Positions 16,854-25,364 of a stretch of 64,000 nucleotides of DNA are shown here, piece by piece. Position 1 is the first letter of the stretch; each line of letters starts with the position of its first letter. This DNA is from an uncultured delta proteobacterium (lineage in GTDB: Bacteria; Myxococcota_A; Polyangia; Polyangiales; Polyangiaceae), in assembly GCA_963782055.1 (NCBI GenBank), contig CAWAIF010000002.1, positions 192,001-256,000 of the forward strand, written 5' to 3'. The notes below the pieces were generated by a model. It worked only from the letters and a program-made list of their open reading frames with translations. It searched no databases and was not told the origin of the DNA. The translations under genes and the position numbers were made by a program.

Positions 16854-18851
16854 ATGCCCATCCTCGCGCAGCGGTCCGGCACGCGCGTTCTCGTCGTGGC
16901 AAGCGATCCCGCCAAGGCCGACCTCCTTCGCCGCTGCGTGAGAGACGGCAGCGGGGGAACGTTCGAGGCCTGGCAGGTCGACACGACCGCGGGAACCGCC
17001 GAGGCGGCCCAGCAGGCGCGCGCCCACGTGCTGCTGCTGGACCCGGCGAGTGACCGGACCGCCCTCGCGACTGTCCGCGCGAGCGTTCCGGAGCTGCCCA
17101 TCGTGGTGCTCGTCGCGCCCCGCGACTTCGCCTCCAGCGTGCGGTCGCTGCGGACCGACGCCGACGACGTGCTCTTCGAGTGGGAGCTGGAGCCGCACCT
17201 CTTGGTGTGGCGCCTCCGCCTGGCTATCGAGCGTCACGAATCGGAGCGCAAGCTGACCCAGGCTCGCGACCTCGCGGAGAACGCCAACCGTCACAAGTCG
17301 GAGTTCGTCTCGCAGGTGAGCCACGACATCCGCACGCCGATGAACACGGTGCTGGGGATGGCAGAGCTCCTCGGCGAGACCCACCTGACCAAGAAGCAGC
17401 AGCAGTACGTCCAGACGCTGCGGCGCGCCGGCGATCACCTCCTCGCCCTCCTGGACGACGTGCTCGACCTCGCCCGGATCGAGGCGGGACAGATGGAGAT
17501 CGAGGCGACGAGCTTCCGGCTGGGCGAGGTGCTGGAGACGGCGCTCGACCTCGTCCGGGTGCAGGCGACGCGCAAGGGGCTGGCGCTGGAGGTCGACGTC
17601 TCGCCCGACATCCCCGACGCCTTCCGCGGCGATCCGCGCCGGCTGCGGCAGATCCTGGTAAACCTCCTCGCGAACGCGGTGAAGTTCACCGAGCGCGGGT
17701 ATGTGCGCCTCGCGGTGACCGCCGACGGCGGGACGCCCGGCGCCACGGCCCTCCACTTCAGCGTGCAGGACACCGGCATCGGCATCCCCGCCGAGAAGGC
17801 GGACGACATCTTCACGAGCTTCGTGCAGGGAGGAAGGAGCTTCGAGAAGCGCTACGGCGGCGTCGGGCTGGGCCTCGACATCGCGCGTCGCCTCGCGGAG
17901 CTGATGGGAGGCCGCATCTGGGTCGAGAGCACCGGCGGGGGCTCGACGTTCCACGTCAGCCTCGCGCTGCCCACCGAGAGGGGGAGGCCGCGACCCTCAT
18001 TCCCGGACGCCGCCGAGCAGGAGACGGCCCTCTCCGGGCCGGGCGGTCGCCGCCTGAAGGTGCTCCTGGTGGACGACTCGGAGGACAACCGGATGCTGAT
18101 CGCAGCGTACCTGGCCCCCGCCAACGTGGCGCTGGACTACGTGAGCGACGGACCGGAGGCGGTGCGGCGCGTGGAGACCACCGCCTACGACATCGTCCTG
18201 ATGGACCTGCAGCTGCCCACGATGAACGGCTTCGCCGCGACACGTGAGCTCCACGCCGCGGAGCGAGCGCTCGGCCGGCCGCGCACGCCCGTGATCGCGC
18301 TGAGCGCGCACGCGCTTGCCGACACCGTCCTGCGCGCGCAAGAGGCGGGCTGCGCGATGCACCTGGCGAAGCCGATCCGCAAGCGAACGCTGATCGCAGC
18401 GCTCGCTCGGGTCGCCCACGCCATCACCGCCGACCCGGCCGAGGACGTGCCAGTACGCCGCGTGCCCGACGACGCCCTGCGCCTCTTCGGCCGGTTCCTG
18501 CAGAACCGGAGGCGCGATCTCACCGACATCGAGAAGGCGCTCACGAGCGGCGACTTCGACGCGGTGCGGACCCTGGGGCACAACATGCAAGGCACCTGCG
18601 CGGCCTACGGCGTCCCGGAGCTGGGTGAGCTCGGCACGCGGCTGGAGGCGGCGGCCGACCGGCACGACACGCGAGACCTGCGGCGCATGACGGGCGAGCT
18701 CGCCGCGTGCATCGAGCGCGTGACCGCCCAGCACGAGGCCGGGCGCATCGAGGCGTCTCCGCGTCGGACGCGGTCCGGGCTTCGACCGTCCCACCCCGGC
18801 ACGAAGGACGCGGCGCCACCGCACGGCCGCAGAAGGAACGGCGCATCATGA
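16854..18851 (+). CDS. hybrid histidine kinase (degenerate REC - HisKA - HATPase - REC - Hpt)
   Basis: SHDIRTPMN H-box, NLLANAVKFT, DTGIGI, GVGLGL; REC LLVDD…LMDLQLP…KP; Hpt LGHNMQG. ATG 16854 preferred because TTG 16836 lies inside the promoter motif. Confidence 0.92.
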   Translation: MPILAQRSGTRVLVVASDPAKADLLRRCVRDGSGGTFEAWQVDTTAGTAEAAQQARAHVLLLDPASDRTALATVRASVPELPIVVLVAPRDFASSVRSLRTDADDVLFEWELEPHLLVWRLRLAIERHESERKLTQARDLAENANRHKSEFVSQVSHDIRTPMNTVLGMAELLGETHLTKKQQQYVQTLRRAGDHLLALLDDVLDLARIEAGQMEIEATSFRLGEVLETALDLVRVQATRKGLALEVDVSPDIPDAFRGDPRRLRQILVNLLANAVKFTERGYVRLAVTADGGTPGATALHFSVQDTGIGIPAEKADDIFTSFVQGGRSFEKRYGGVGLGLDIARRLAELMGGRIWVESTGGGSTFHVSLALPTERGRPRPSFPDAAEQETALSGPGGRRLKVLLVDDSEDNRMLIAAYLAPANVALDYVSDGPEAVRRVETTAYDIVLMDLQLPTMNGFAATRELHAAERALGRPRTPVIALSAHALADTVLRAQEAGCAMHLAKPIRKRTLIAALARVAHAITADPAEDVPVRRVPDDALRLFGRFLQNRRRDLTDIEKALTSGDFDAVRTLGHNMQGTCAAYGVPELGELGTRLEAAADRHDTRDLRRMTGELAACIERVTAQHEAGRIEASPRRTRSGLRPSHPGTKDAAPPHGRRRNGAS

Positions 18852-19231
18852 GCATGACGGTGCGCTCCTCCGATCGCAACGGCGGCGCCAGCCTGGTCGA
18901 TGTCCTCGACCGTGTCCTCGACAAGGGCCTCGTCGTCGCCGGCGACATTCGCGTCGCCCTGGCGGACGTGGAGCTGTTGACCATCCGCATCCGGCTGATG
19001 ATCTGCTCCATCGACAAGGCGCAGCAGGTGGGCCTGGACTGGTGGCGCCACGATCCGCACTTCGCGCCCGCTGGCAACAAGCTGCTCGGCGGCGACGCCG
19101 CGCTCCGGAAGCAGGTCGCCGCCCTCCAGCGACAGATCGCCAAGCTGGAGAAGGCCGCGACGTCCACCCGCCGCACCCGCTCATCGTCACCGAAGACATC
19201 GAAGAGAAAGAAGACGCGCCATGCCGATTGA
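18848..19231 (+). CDS. gvpJ: gas vesicle protein GvpJ
   Basis: [35 protein letters not shown]…[13 protein letters not shown]…DP plus coiled-coil tail, as in Bacillus-type GvpJ; ATGA overlap with the kinase. Confidence 0.85.
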   Translation: MSMTVRSSDRNGGASLVDVLDRVLDKGLVVAGDIRVALADVELLTIRIRLMICSIDKAQQVGLDWWRHDPHFAPAGNKLLGGDAALRKQVAALQRQIAKLEKAATSTRRTRSSSPKTSKRKKTRHAD

Positions 19232-19538
19232 ACGCAGCTCCGGCGGAACCAACCTGATCGACGTGCTGGACCGCGTCCTCGACAAGGGCATCGTGATCGA
19301 TGCCTGGCTGCGCGTACAGCTCGTGGGCATCGATCTGCTGACCGTGGAGGCCCGCGTCGTGGTCGCTTCGATCGACACGTACCTGAAGTACTCCGAGGCC
19401 GTCGGCGGGGCGGGCGCCGCCGCGCGGCCCACGCTTCCCGCCGCCCAGGTGCCGGAGTCCCTGCCGGCGCCGAAGCCGAAGCCGCGGACGCGTGCTCGGG
19501 CGAAGACCACCACGAAGACGAGGGCGCGCAGGACGTGA
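19221..19538 (+). CDS. gvpA: gas vesicle shell protein GvpA with basic C-terminal extension
   Basis: [52 protein letters not shown], the canonical GvpA core. Confidence 0.95.
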   Translation: MPIERSSGGTNLIDVLDRVLDKGIVIDAWLRVQLVGIDLLTVEARVVVASIDTYLKYSEAVGGAGAAARPTLPAAQVPESLPAPKPKPRTRARAKTTTKTRARRT

Positions 19539-21682
19539 GCAGCCCCGCGGTCGTCGCCTCCGCCACCAGGAACGGCGCGCCCCCCACGACTCATCGGGGC
19601 GAGGCCAGCGGCCGCATGCTGCTCTTGCAGTCGCTGCTCGCGGCGGAGACGGTGACCGAGGCGGCGCGTCGCGTCGTCGAGTACCTCCACACACACGTCG
19701 GCGCGAGGCGGGTGGTCTACCTCGGGACCCACGACGCCGATGCCCGCCTGCAGGGGCTCGCCTCACGCGGCGTGGACGAAGCGCACGCGCTGGCGCTGGA
19801 GGTCGACCTGGACGTCGGCACTCACCCGCTGCTGCGCACGCTCTCGCCGCGGAGTCCCACTCCGGTCGAGATCCCCGACCTCGCGCGGCTCTTTCCGGGT
19901 GGTCGGCTGATGGTGACGCCGGTGCCGCTTCCCCTGACGCGGGTGGGGGAGCCCCTCGCGCTCCTGCTCACCGAGCCGCGCGCCGCGCTGGAGGAGGAGC
20001 TCGGCTGGGTGGCCTGCGTGCTGGGGCCGGAGCTGGCGCGCGCTCGCCGGCACGAGGATCTGAGCCGCGCCTACGCCGGAGCCCAGCGCGACGTGGCCCT
20101 GATGCGGGGGGTCCTCGATGCGGTGCCCGAGCCGGTGCTGCTTGCCGACGGCGACAGCAACGTGCTGCTCGCCAACTCTGACGCCGCGCTCTACTTCGCC
20201 TCGCCGGAGGAGGGGAGCAGCGAGGGGAGGCGGCGCGCGCTCGCGCTCAACCGGATGCTCCTCTCCGCCGTGCTCGCCAGCACCCGCAGCGCGGGGACGC
20301 AGATCCGGGAGGTGGCCGTCGTCGACCCGAGCGACGGGTCCGACCGCCTCTTCGAGCTGATCGCCGCGCACACCTCCACCGTGGCCGGCGAGGGCACCGT
20401 CGCGGTGCTCCGTAACGTGTCCGATCTCCACTCCGCGATGCGCGAGATCACCGAGAACTACCGTCGCCTGCGCGTGGCCGAGGCCGACGTCCGCGCCGAG
20501 CGCGACAGGCTGGACCTGATCATCGACTCGGTGGCCGACCCGATCATCGTCACCGGCATGCGGGGTGTGCCGCTGCGGATGAACCGCCCGGCGGAGGGGC
20601 TCCTCACGGCGGACCCCGACGCCTCCCCCGCGCGCGCGCAGCGCGTGCGCACCAACGACGCGCGCCTCTCCTCGCACGTGTCCAACGTCTTCTTCACGCC
20701 GGAGCCGCGCGTGCGCGGCGACCTCGACCTGCTCGACCCCGCCGGCATGCGCGACCTGCCGATGGAGGCGGTGAGCCGCAAGCTGATGTCGGCGCACGGG
20801 GAGGTGGCGGCGGTGGTCACCATCCTGCACGACCGCACCGAGGCGGAGGAGAAGCAGCGGCTCAACGAGCAGCTCGAGCAGGCGACGGCGCAGCTGGAGA
20901 AGAAGGTGCAGGAGGCGACGATCGAGCTCGTGAAGCAGAACGAGCTCCTGCGCCGCCAGCACATCCAGCTCGAGCAGGCCTCGAGCCTGAAGAGCCAGTT
21001 CCTCGCGACGATGTCGCACGAGTTCCGCACGCCGCTGAACGCCATCCTCGGCTACACGAGCATGCTGCTCGACAACATTTACGGGGCCCCGCCGCCGCGG
21101 CAGATCCGCTGCCTCGAGCGCGTGGACTCCAACGCCCGGCACCTGCTGGCGATCATCAACGACATCCTGGACATCTCCCGCATCGAGGCGGGCAGCATGC
21201 CGATCCACAGGTCCACGTTCGATGTCGGGAAGCTCTTGACGGAGGTCCTCTCCGAGGTGCGCCCGCTCGTGGCGCGCGACCGCGTCAAGGTGGAGCTCGC
21301 CGTCTCGTCGCGCCTGCCACGCCTGCGGACCGACCGCGCCAAGGTGAAGCAGATCCTGGTCAACCTGCTCTCCAACGCCTTCAAGTTCACCGCGGCCGGG
21401 ACCGTCGCCATCTCCGCGCGCCTCTCACCGCGAGGTCGGTGGTTGCACGTCGCCGTCGCCGACACCGGCGTGGGCGTCGCGCCGGAGGACGCCGAGGTGA
21501 TCTTCCAGGACTTCCGGCAAGCGGACAACTCCACCACCCGGCGCTTCGGCGGCACCGGGCTCGGCCTCGCCATCTCCCGGCGCCTGGCGGAGGTCCTCGG
21601 CGGCCGCATCAAGCTGGTCAGCGAGCTCGGGCAGGGCTCCACCTTCACCCTGATCCTCCCCCGGCGGCGGAGGTCGTCGTGA
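19535..21682 (+). CDS. cytoplasmic PAS-domain sensor histidine kinase
   Basis: Two PAS-like starts ([23 protein letters not shown]); [31 protein letters not shown]; no TM segment seen; GTGA overlap with gvpA. Confidence 0.92.
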   Translation: MSSPAVVASATRNGAPPTTHRGEASGRMLLLQSLLAAETVTEAARRVVEYLHTHVGARRVVYLGTHDADARLQGLASRGVDEAHALALEVDLDVGTHPLLRTLSPRSPTPVEIPDLARLFPGGRLMVTPVPLPLTRVGEPLALLLTEPRAALEEELGWVACVLGPELARARRHEDLSRAYAGAQRDVALMRGVLDAVPEPVLLADGDSNVLLANSDAALYFASPEEGSSEGRRRALALNRMLLSAVLASTRSAGTQIREVAVVDPSDGSDRLFELIAAHTSTVAGEGTVAVLRNVSDLHSAMREITENYRRLRVAEADVRAERDRLDLIIDSVADPIIVTGMRGVPLRMNRPAEGLLTADPDASPARAQRVRTNDARLSSHVSNVFFTPEPRVRGDLDLLDPAGMRDLPMEAVSRKLMSAHGEVAAVVTILHDRTEAEEKQRLNEQLEQATAQLEKKVQEATIELVKQNELLRRQHIQLEQASSLKSQFLATMSHEFRTPLNAILGYTSMLLDNIYGAPPPRQIRCLERVDSNARHLLAIINDILDISRIEAGSMPIHRSTFDVGKLLTEVLSEVRPLVARDRVKVELAVSSRLPRLRTDRAKVKQILVNLLSNAFKFTAAGTVAISARLSPRGRWLHVAVADTGVGVAPEDAEVIFQDFRQADNSTTRRFGGTGLGLAISRRLAEVLGGRIKLVSELGQGSTFTLILPRRRRSS

Positions 21683-22116
21683 AACGAGCGGCAGCGAGCG
21701 GCACCTCCCGGCGGCGTCGGGGTCGGTGCGTGCTGGTGGTCGACGACTTCGACGACAACCGCGAGATGTACGCCGAGTACCTCCAGCAGGCGGGGTACCA
21801 CGTGATCCAGGCCGCCGACGGGAAGTCCGCCGTTCAGCTCGCCACCGAGGCGCGCCCGGACCTCGTCGTCATGGACCTCTCCCTCCCGGTGATGGACGGC
21901 TGGGAGGCGACGCGCCTGTTGAAGGCCGACCCACGCACTCGCCGCATTCCGGTCATCGCCCTGACGGGGCACGCGCTCGCGGGGCACTCGCAGGGGGCGC
22001 GGGACGCGGGGTGCGACGAGTTTCTCACCAAACCATGCCTGCCGCGCGCCCTGGTCGACGCGGTGGAGCGGATGCTCGCGCCTCGCGGACGTGGGCGGAA
22101 AGGAGCGTCAGCATGA
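21679..22116 (+). CDS. single-domain response regulator (DivK/CheY-like)
   Basis: VLVVDD, MDLSLPVMDG, ALT, TKP; overlaps both neighbours by 4 nt. Confidence 0.9.
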   Translation: MKRAAASGTSRRRRGRCVLVVDDFDDNREMYAEYLQQAGYHVIQAADGKSAVQLATEARPDLVVMDLSLPVMDGWEATRLLKADPRTRRIPVIALTGHALAGHSQGARDAGCDEFLTKPCLPRALVDAVERMLAPRGRGRKGASA

Positions 22117-22985
22117 GCAGGAGAACGGCGCGCACCCCGGAGAAGGCCAAGGCGGTGCTGCCCGTCCGTCCCAGGGCGGAGTCGTGGCCCGAGGAAGCGA
22201 CGACGGCGAAGCACCGCGTGCTAAAAGAGCGCGGCGAAGCGCGCGGGCGCTACGTGTACTGCGTCATCGGCTCGACCGGCCACAAGACCTTCGGTCCCAT
22301 CGGCGTCGGCGTGGAGCCGGCGGAGGTCCACACCGTGCGCTTCAAGGACATCGCCGCCGTCACGTCGGACACGCCCATCGAGGTCCACGAGCCGACACGC
22401 CACAACATCCTGGCCCACGAGCGCGTGAACGAGGCGGTCATGCGGGAGCACACCGTCATCCCCATGTCCTTCGGCACCGTCTTCAAGACCGACGACGATA
22501 TCCTGGAGCTGCTCCGCTCCGCGTACGACGCGTTCAAGGACGTGCTCGTCAAGATGGAGGACAAGCTGGAGTACGGCCTCAAGGTGCTCTGGGACCGCGA
22601 CCAGATCGTCCACGCGCTGGAGCTGGAGGACGAGGACATCCGGCGCCTGCGCGCCGAGATCCTCTCCCAGAACGGGTCGACGTACTTCGCGCGCATGCAG
22701 TACGGGCGGCTCGTCGAGGCGGCCCTCGAGACGCGGTGCGAGCGCTACGTCCGCGAGATCTTCGACGAGCTCCGGCCGGTCTCCATCGCCTCGCGCGTGA
22801 ACAAGCCCATCGGTGACAGGATGATCATGAACGCCGCGTTCCTGGTGAGCCGCGAGCGGGAGGCGAAGTTCGACGCCCGCGTCAAGGCGCTCGGCGCCGC
22901 CTACGACAAGCTGACCTTCCGCTACACGGGACCCTGGCCGCCCTACAACTTCGTCAACATCCGGCTGAAGCTGGAGAAGGCGTGA
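22113..22985 (+). CDS. gvpF: gas vesicle protein GvpF (GvpL/F family)
   Basis: YVYCVI, AHERVNE, VIPMSFGTVF, NAAFLV, TGPWPPYNF; located just before gvpG. Confidence 0.88.
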   Translation: MSRRTARTPEKAKAVLPVRPRAESWPEEATTAKHRVLKERGEARGRYVYCVIGSTGHKTFGPIGVGVEPAEVHTVRFKDIAAVTSDTPIEVHEPTRHNILAHERVNEAVMREHTVIPMSFGTVFKTDDDILELLRSAYDAFKDVLVKMEDKLEYGLKVLWDRDQIVHALELEDEDIRRLRAEILSQNGSTYFARMQYGRLVEAALETRCERYVREIFDELRPVSIASRVNKPIGDRMIMNAAFLVSREREAKFDARVKALGAAYDKLTFRYTGPWPPYNFVNIRLKLEKA

Positions 22986-23320
22986 GCATGCTCGTCATCG
23001 ACAGGATGCTGGCCTCCGGTCTGGGGTTCGTGATGCGCCGCATCGCCGAGGCCGCCGACGCTGCGTCCGACCCGACCACCGCCTTGCACGCGGGGTTGCT
23101 GGACGCGCAGGCGAGCCTGGAGCGCAACGAGATCACCGAGGCGGAGTACGAAGCCATCGAGGCGGATCTGCTGGCCGAGCTGCACGAGCGACGGCGAAGC
23201 GAGCGGCCGGCCGTGCTCTCCCACGTGACCGTGGACGTGATCGAGACCCCGCCGGAAGTCGGCGAGAAAGGAGCGCACCATGCCCCGCCGAAGCGCAAGG
23301 CCCGCAAGCGCCGCGTCTGA
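22982..23320 (+). CDS. gvpG: gas vesicle protein GvpG
   Basis: GLGFVMRRIAEAAD…LERNEITEAEYEAIEADLLAEL pattern; position after gvpF. Confidence 0.8.
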   Translation: MSMLVIDRMLASGLGFVMRRIAEAADAASDPTTALHAGLLDAQASLERNEITEAEYEAIEADLLAELHERRRSERPAVLSHVTVDVIETPPEVGEKGAHHAPPKRKARKRRV

Positions 23321-24065
23321 CGCGGACGTCGCGACCTACCTCTACTGCGTGGTGGAGGCCCCGCGCATCGACCTCGCGGGCGTCCCGCGCGGCCTGCCCG
23401 GCGCAGGAAAGCCCCGCGCGGAGCCGCTGAAGCCCGGACGGTGGATGATCGTGTGCGACGCGCCGCTCGCCCGCTACGGGCCGGAGGCCATCGAGCGCGC
23501 CACGAGCGAGCTCCGGTGGGTGGCGACCGCGGCGGTCAAGCACTCCGAGGTGGTCTCCTTCTTCGCGCGCGATCTCCCCGTCGTGCCGATGAAGATGTTC
23601 ACACTCTTCTCCGACGACCGGCGCGCCACGCGGGCGCTGCTACGCAAGGGACAATCCATCGACCGTACCTTGAAGCACATTCGCGGCTGCGCCGAATGGG
23701 GCGTCCACATCCTCCCGGCGCCGCGTCGTGCTGCCGCGCGTCGCGCCCCGGCGCCGCGCAGCGGCCGCGCCTTCCTCGTTGCGAAGCGGGAGAAGCTCGC
23801 CGGGGCGCGTGACGATCGCGCTCACCAGCGCGCCGAGGCCCTGCGCGCGCTGGGGGATCTGGAGTCGCTGTCGCGCGCCGCGCAGATGCGCGAGGCGCAG
23901 GCCGCGACGGGACCGGTGGTGGACGGCGTCCTGCTGGTGCCGAACGCGGCGAAGGCGCGGCTCGCCGCGCGCTGCGACCGATGGCGCGAGCAGCTCCAGA
24001 AGCGGGGCCTGTCCCTCCGCGTGACCGGTCCCTGGCCCTGCTACCACTTCGTGGGGGCACGATGA
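23280..24065 (+). CDS. gvpL: gas vesicle protein GvpL (GvpL/F family)
   Basis: YLYCVV, HSEVV, VVPMKMFTLF, EWGV, SGRAFL, TGPWPCYHF. Confidence 0.85.
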   Translation: MPRRSARPASAASDADVATYLYCVVEAPRIDLAGVPRGLPGAGKPRAEPLKPGRWMIVCDAPLARYGPEAIERATSELRWVATAAVKHSEVVSFFARDLPVVPMKMFTLFSDDRRATRALLRKGQSIDRTLKHIRGCAEWGVHILPAPRRAAARRAPAPRSGRAFLVAKREKLAGARDDRAHQRAEALRALGDLESLSRAAQMREAQAATGPVVDGVLLVPNAAKARLAARCDRWREQLQKRGLSLRVTGPWPCYHFVGAR

Positions 24066-24274
24066 GCCCGGCGCGTGCCGCGCCACGCCGGCGGAGCGCC
24101 GCGGACCTCTCGCTCGCCCGCCAGGGGACCCTCCTCGACCTGCTGGATCACGTCCTCGACAAGGGCGTCGTGCTGCAGGGCGATCTGGTGATCTCCGTCG
24201 CCGACGTCGAGCTGGTCTACGTTCGCCTCTCGGCGCTGCTGTGCGGGATGTCATCGCTGGCGAGGAGGCGCTGA
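24062..24274 (+). CDS. gvpS: gas vesicle protein GvpS (GvpA-like family)
   Basis: LLDLLDHVLDKGVVLQGDLVISVADVELVYVRL; ATGA overlap. Confidence 0.8.
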   Translation: MSPARAAPRRRSAADLSLARQGTLLDLLDHVLDKGVVLQGDLVISVADVELVYVRLSALLCGMSSLARRR

Positions 24275-24897
24275 TGCTGGCCCTGGTCGCGCTCCTCCGC
24301 GCCGACGACGCCGAGCTCGCGCGCGCCCTCGGGTTCGGCGCGACGGTCGTGCGCGCGGCGTGCGTGGTGCACCGCACGGTTCGCCGCCCCGACGGGCCGA
24401 CGGCCGCGGCGGCGATCCGTCACGACCGTGCCGTGCGGCGGCTCATGTCGCGGGCCACCGCGGTGCTGCCGATGCGCCTCGGCGTCACCGTGAAGGACGC
24501 CGGCGCTCTCCCGGCGCTCCTCGGCTCCCATGACGGCGCCGTCGCCGCGCGCCTGGCGGCGGTGGAGGGCCGCGTGCAGATGACCCTCCGCGTCTACCGG
24601 GGCCCCGGCGCCGCGAGGCGCGTCACCGGAGGTCGGGGGACCCGGTACCTGGCGCGTCGCGGCGCGGAGACCGCCTTCGTCGCGCGCGCGCGCCAGGAGC
24701 TCGGAGCTGCGGTCGCCGACGAGGTGATCGAGCACCACTCCATCGAGCCGCTGCTGGCGAGCGTGTATCACCTGGTGGACAGGGGGCGCGCCGCGGCGTA
24801 CCGCGCCGGTGTCCGCCGGGTCGCGCGCGCGCACCCGGAGGTGCGCGTGGCGGCCAGCGGTCCGTGGGCCCCGTACGCCTTCTGCGCCCTGGAGTGA
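24274..24897 (+). CDS. third GvpL/GvpF-family protein
   Basis: HDRAVRRL, VLPMRLG, GTRYL, YHLV, SGPWAPYAF; TGATG coupling with GAGGAGG SD. Confidence 0.82.
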   Translation: MLALVALLRADDAELARALGFGATVVRAACVVHRTVRRPDGPTAAAAIRHDRAVRRLMSRATAVLPMRLGVTVKDAGALPALLGSHDGAVAARLAAVEGRVQMTLRVYRGPGAARRVTGGRGTRYLARRGAETAFVARARQELGAAVADEVIEHHSIEPLLASVYHLVDRGRAAAYRAGVRRVARAHPEVRVAASGPWAPYAFCALE

Positions 24898-24900
24898 CCG

Positions 24901-25254
24901 ATGGCGGCCCGGCAATCCACCCTCGTTCGCAAGGCCCGCAGGCGCGAGATCGACGCGCTGCGACACGAGGTCACGCGCAAGAAACGCGGCCGGCTGCGCA
25001 TCGACGCCGACCCCGGCGACGTGGAGCGCTCGCTGGCGCGCCTGGTGCTCTCGCTGGTAGAGCTGCTCCGCGAGCTGATGGAGCGCGAGGCCATCCGCCG
25101 GCTGGACGGCGGCGATCTCACGCCCGACGAGATCGAGGCGGTGGGGACGGCGCTGATGCGTCTGGAGAAGGCCGTGCGCACCCTCGCCCGGCGGTTCGGC
25201 CTCAAGCCGGGCGATCTCAACCTGGACCTCGGGCCGCTCGGCCGCCTGCGCTGA
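24901..25254 (+). CDS. gvpK: gas vesicle protein GvpK
   Basis: LARLVLSLVELLRELMEREAIRR…LNLDLGPLGRL signature. Confidence 0.92.
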   Translation: MAARQSTLVRKARRREIDALRHEVTRKKRGRLRIDADPGDVERSLARLVLSLVELLRELMEREAIRRLDGGDLTPDEIEAVGTALMRLEKAVRTLARRFGLKPGDLNLDLGPLGRLR

Positions 25255-25278
25255 CCGTCGTGGCGTGCGCGCACCCGC

Positions 25279-25293
25279 GTAGCGGAATGTCAC
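25279..25293 (+). promoter_or_regulatory. putative enhancer box 3
   Basis: GTAGC-GGAAT-GTCAC, with half-sites identical to box 1, 40 bp upstream of the sigma54 motif. Confidence 0.55.
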
Positions 25294-25333
25294 GATCCCC
25301 GCCCGTCGTCGGACTATCCCGGTCCGTGTAGCG

Positions 25334-25349
25334 AGGCACATGCATTGCA
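25334..25349 (+). promoter_or_regulatory. putative sigma54 promoter of the globin-kinase gene
   Basis: AGGCACA-TGCA-TTGCA with exact -24/-12 spacing, 15 bp before ATG 25365. Confidence 0.72.
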
Positions 25350-25364
25350 GCGGTCTCTCCGTCC

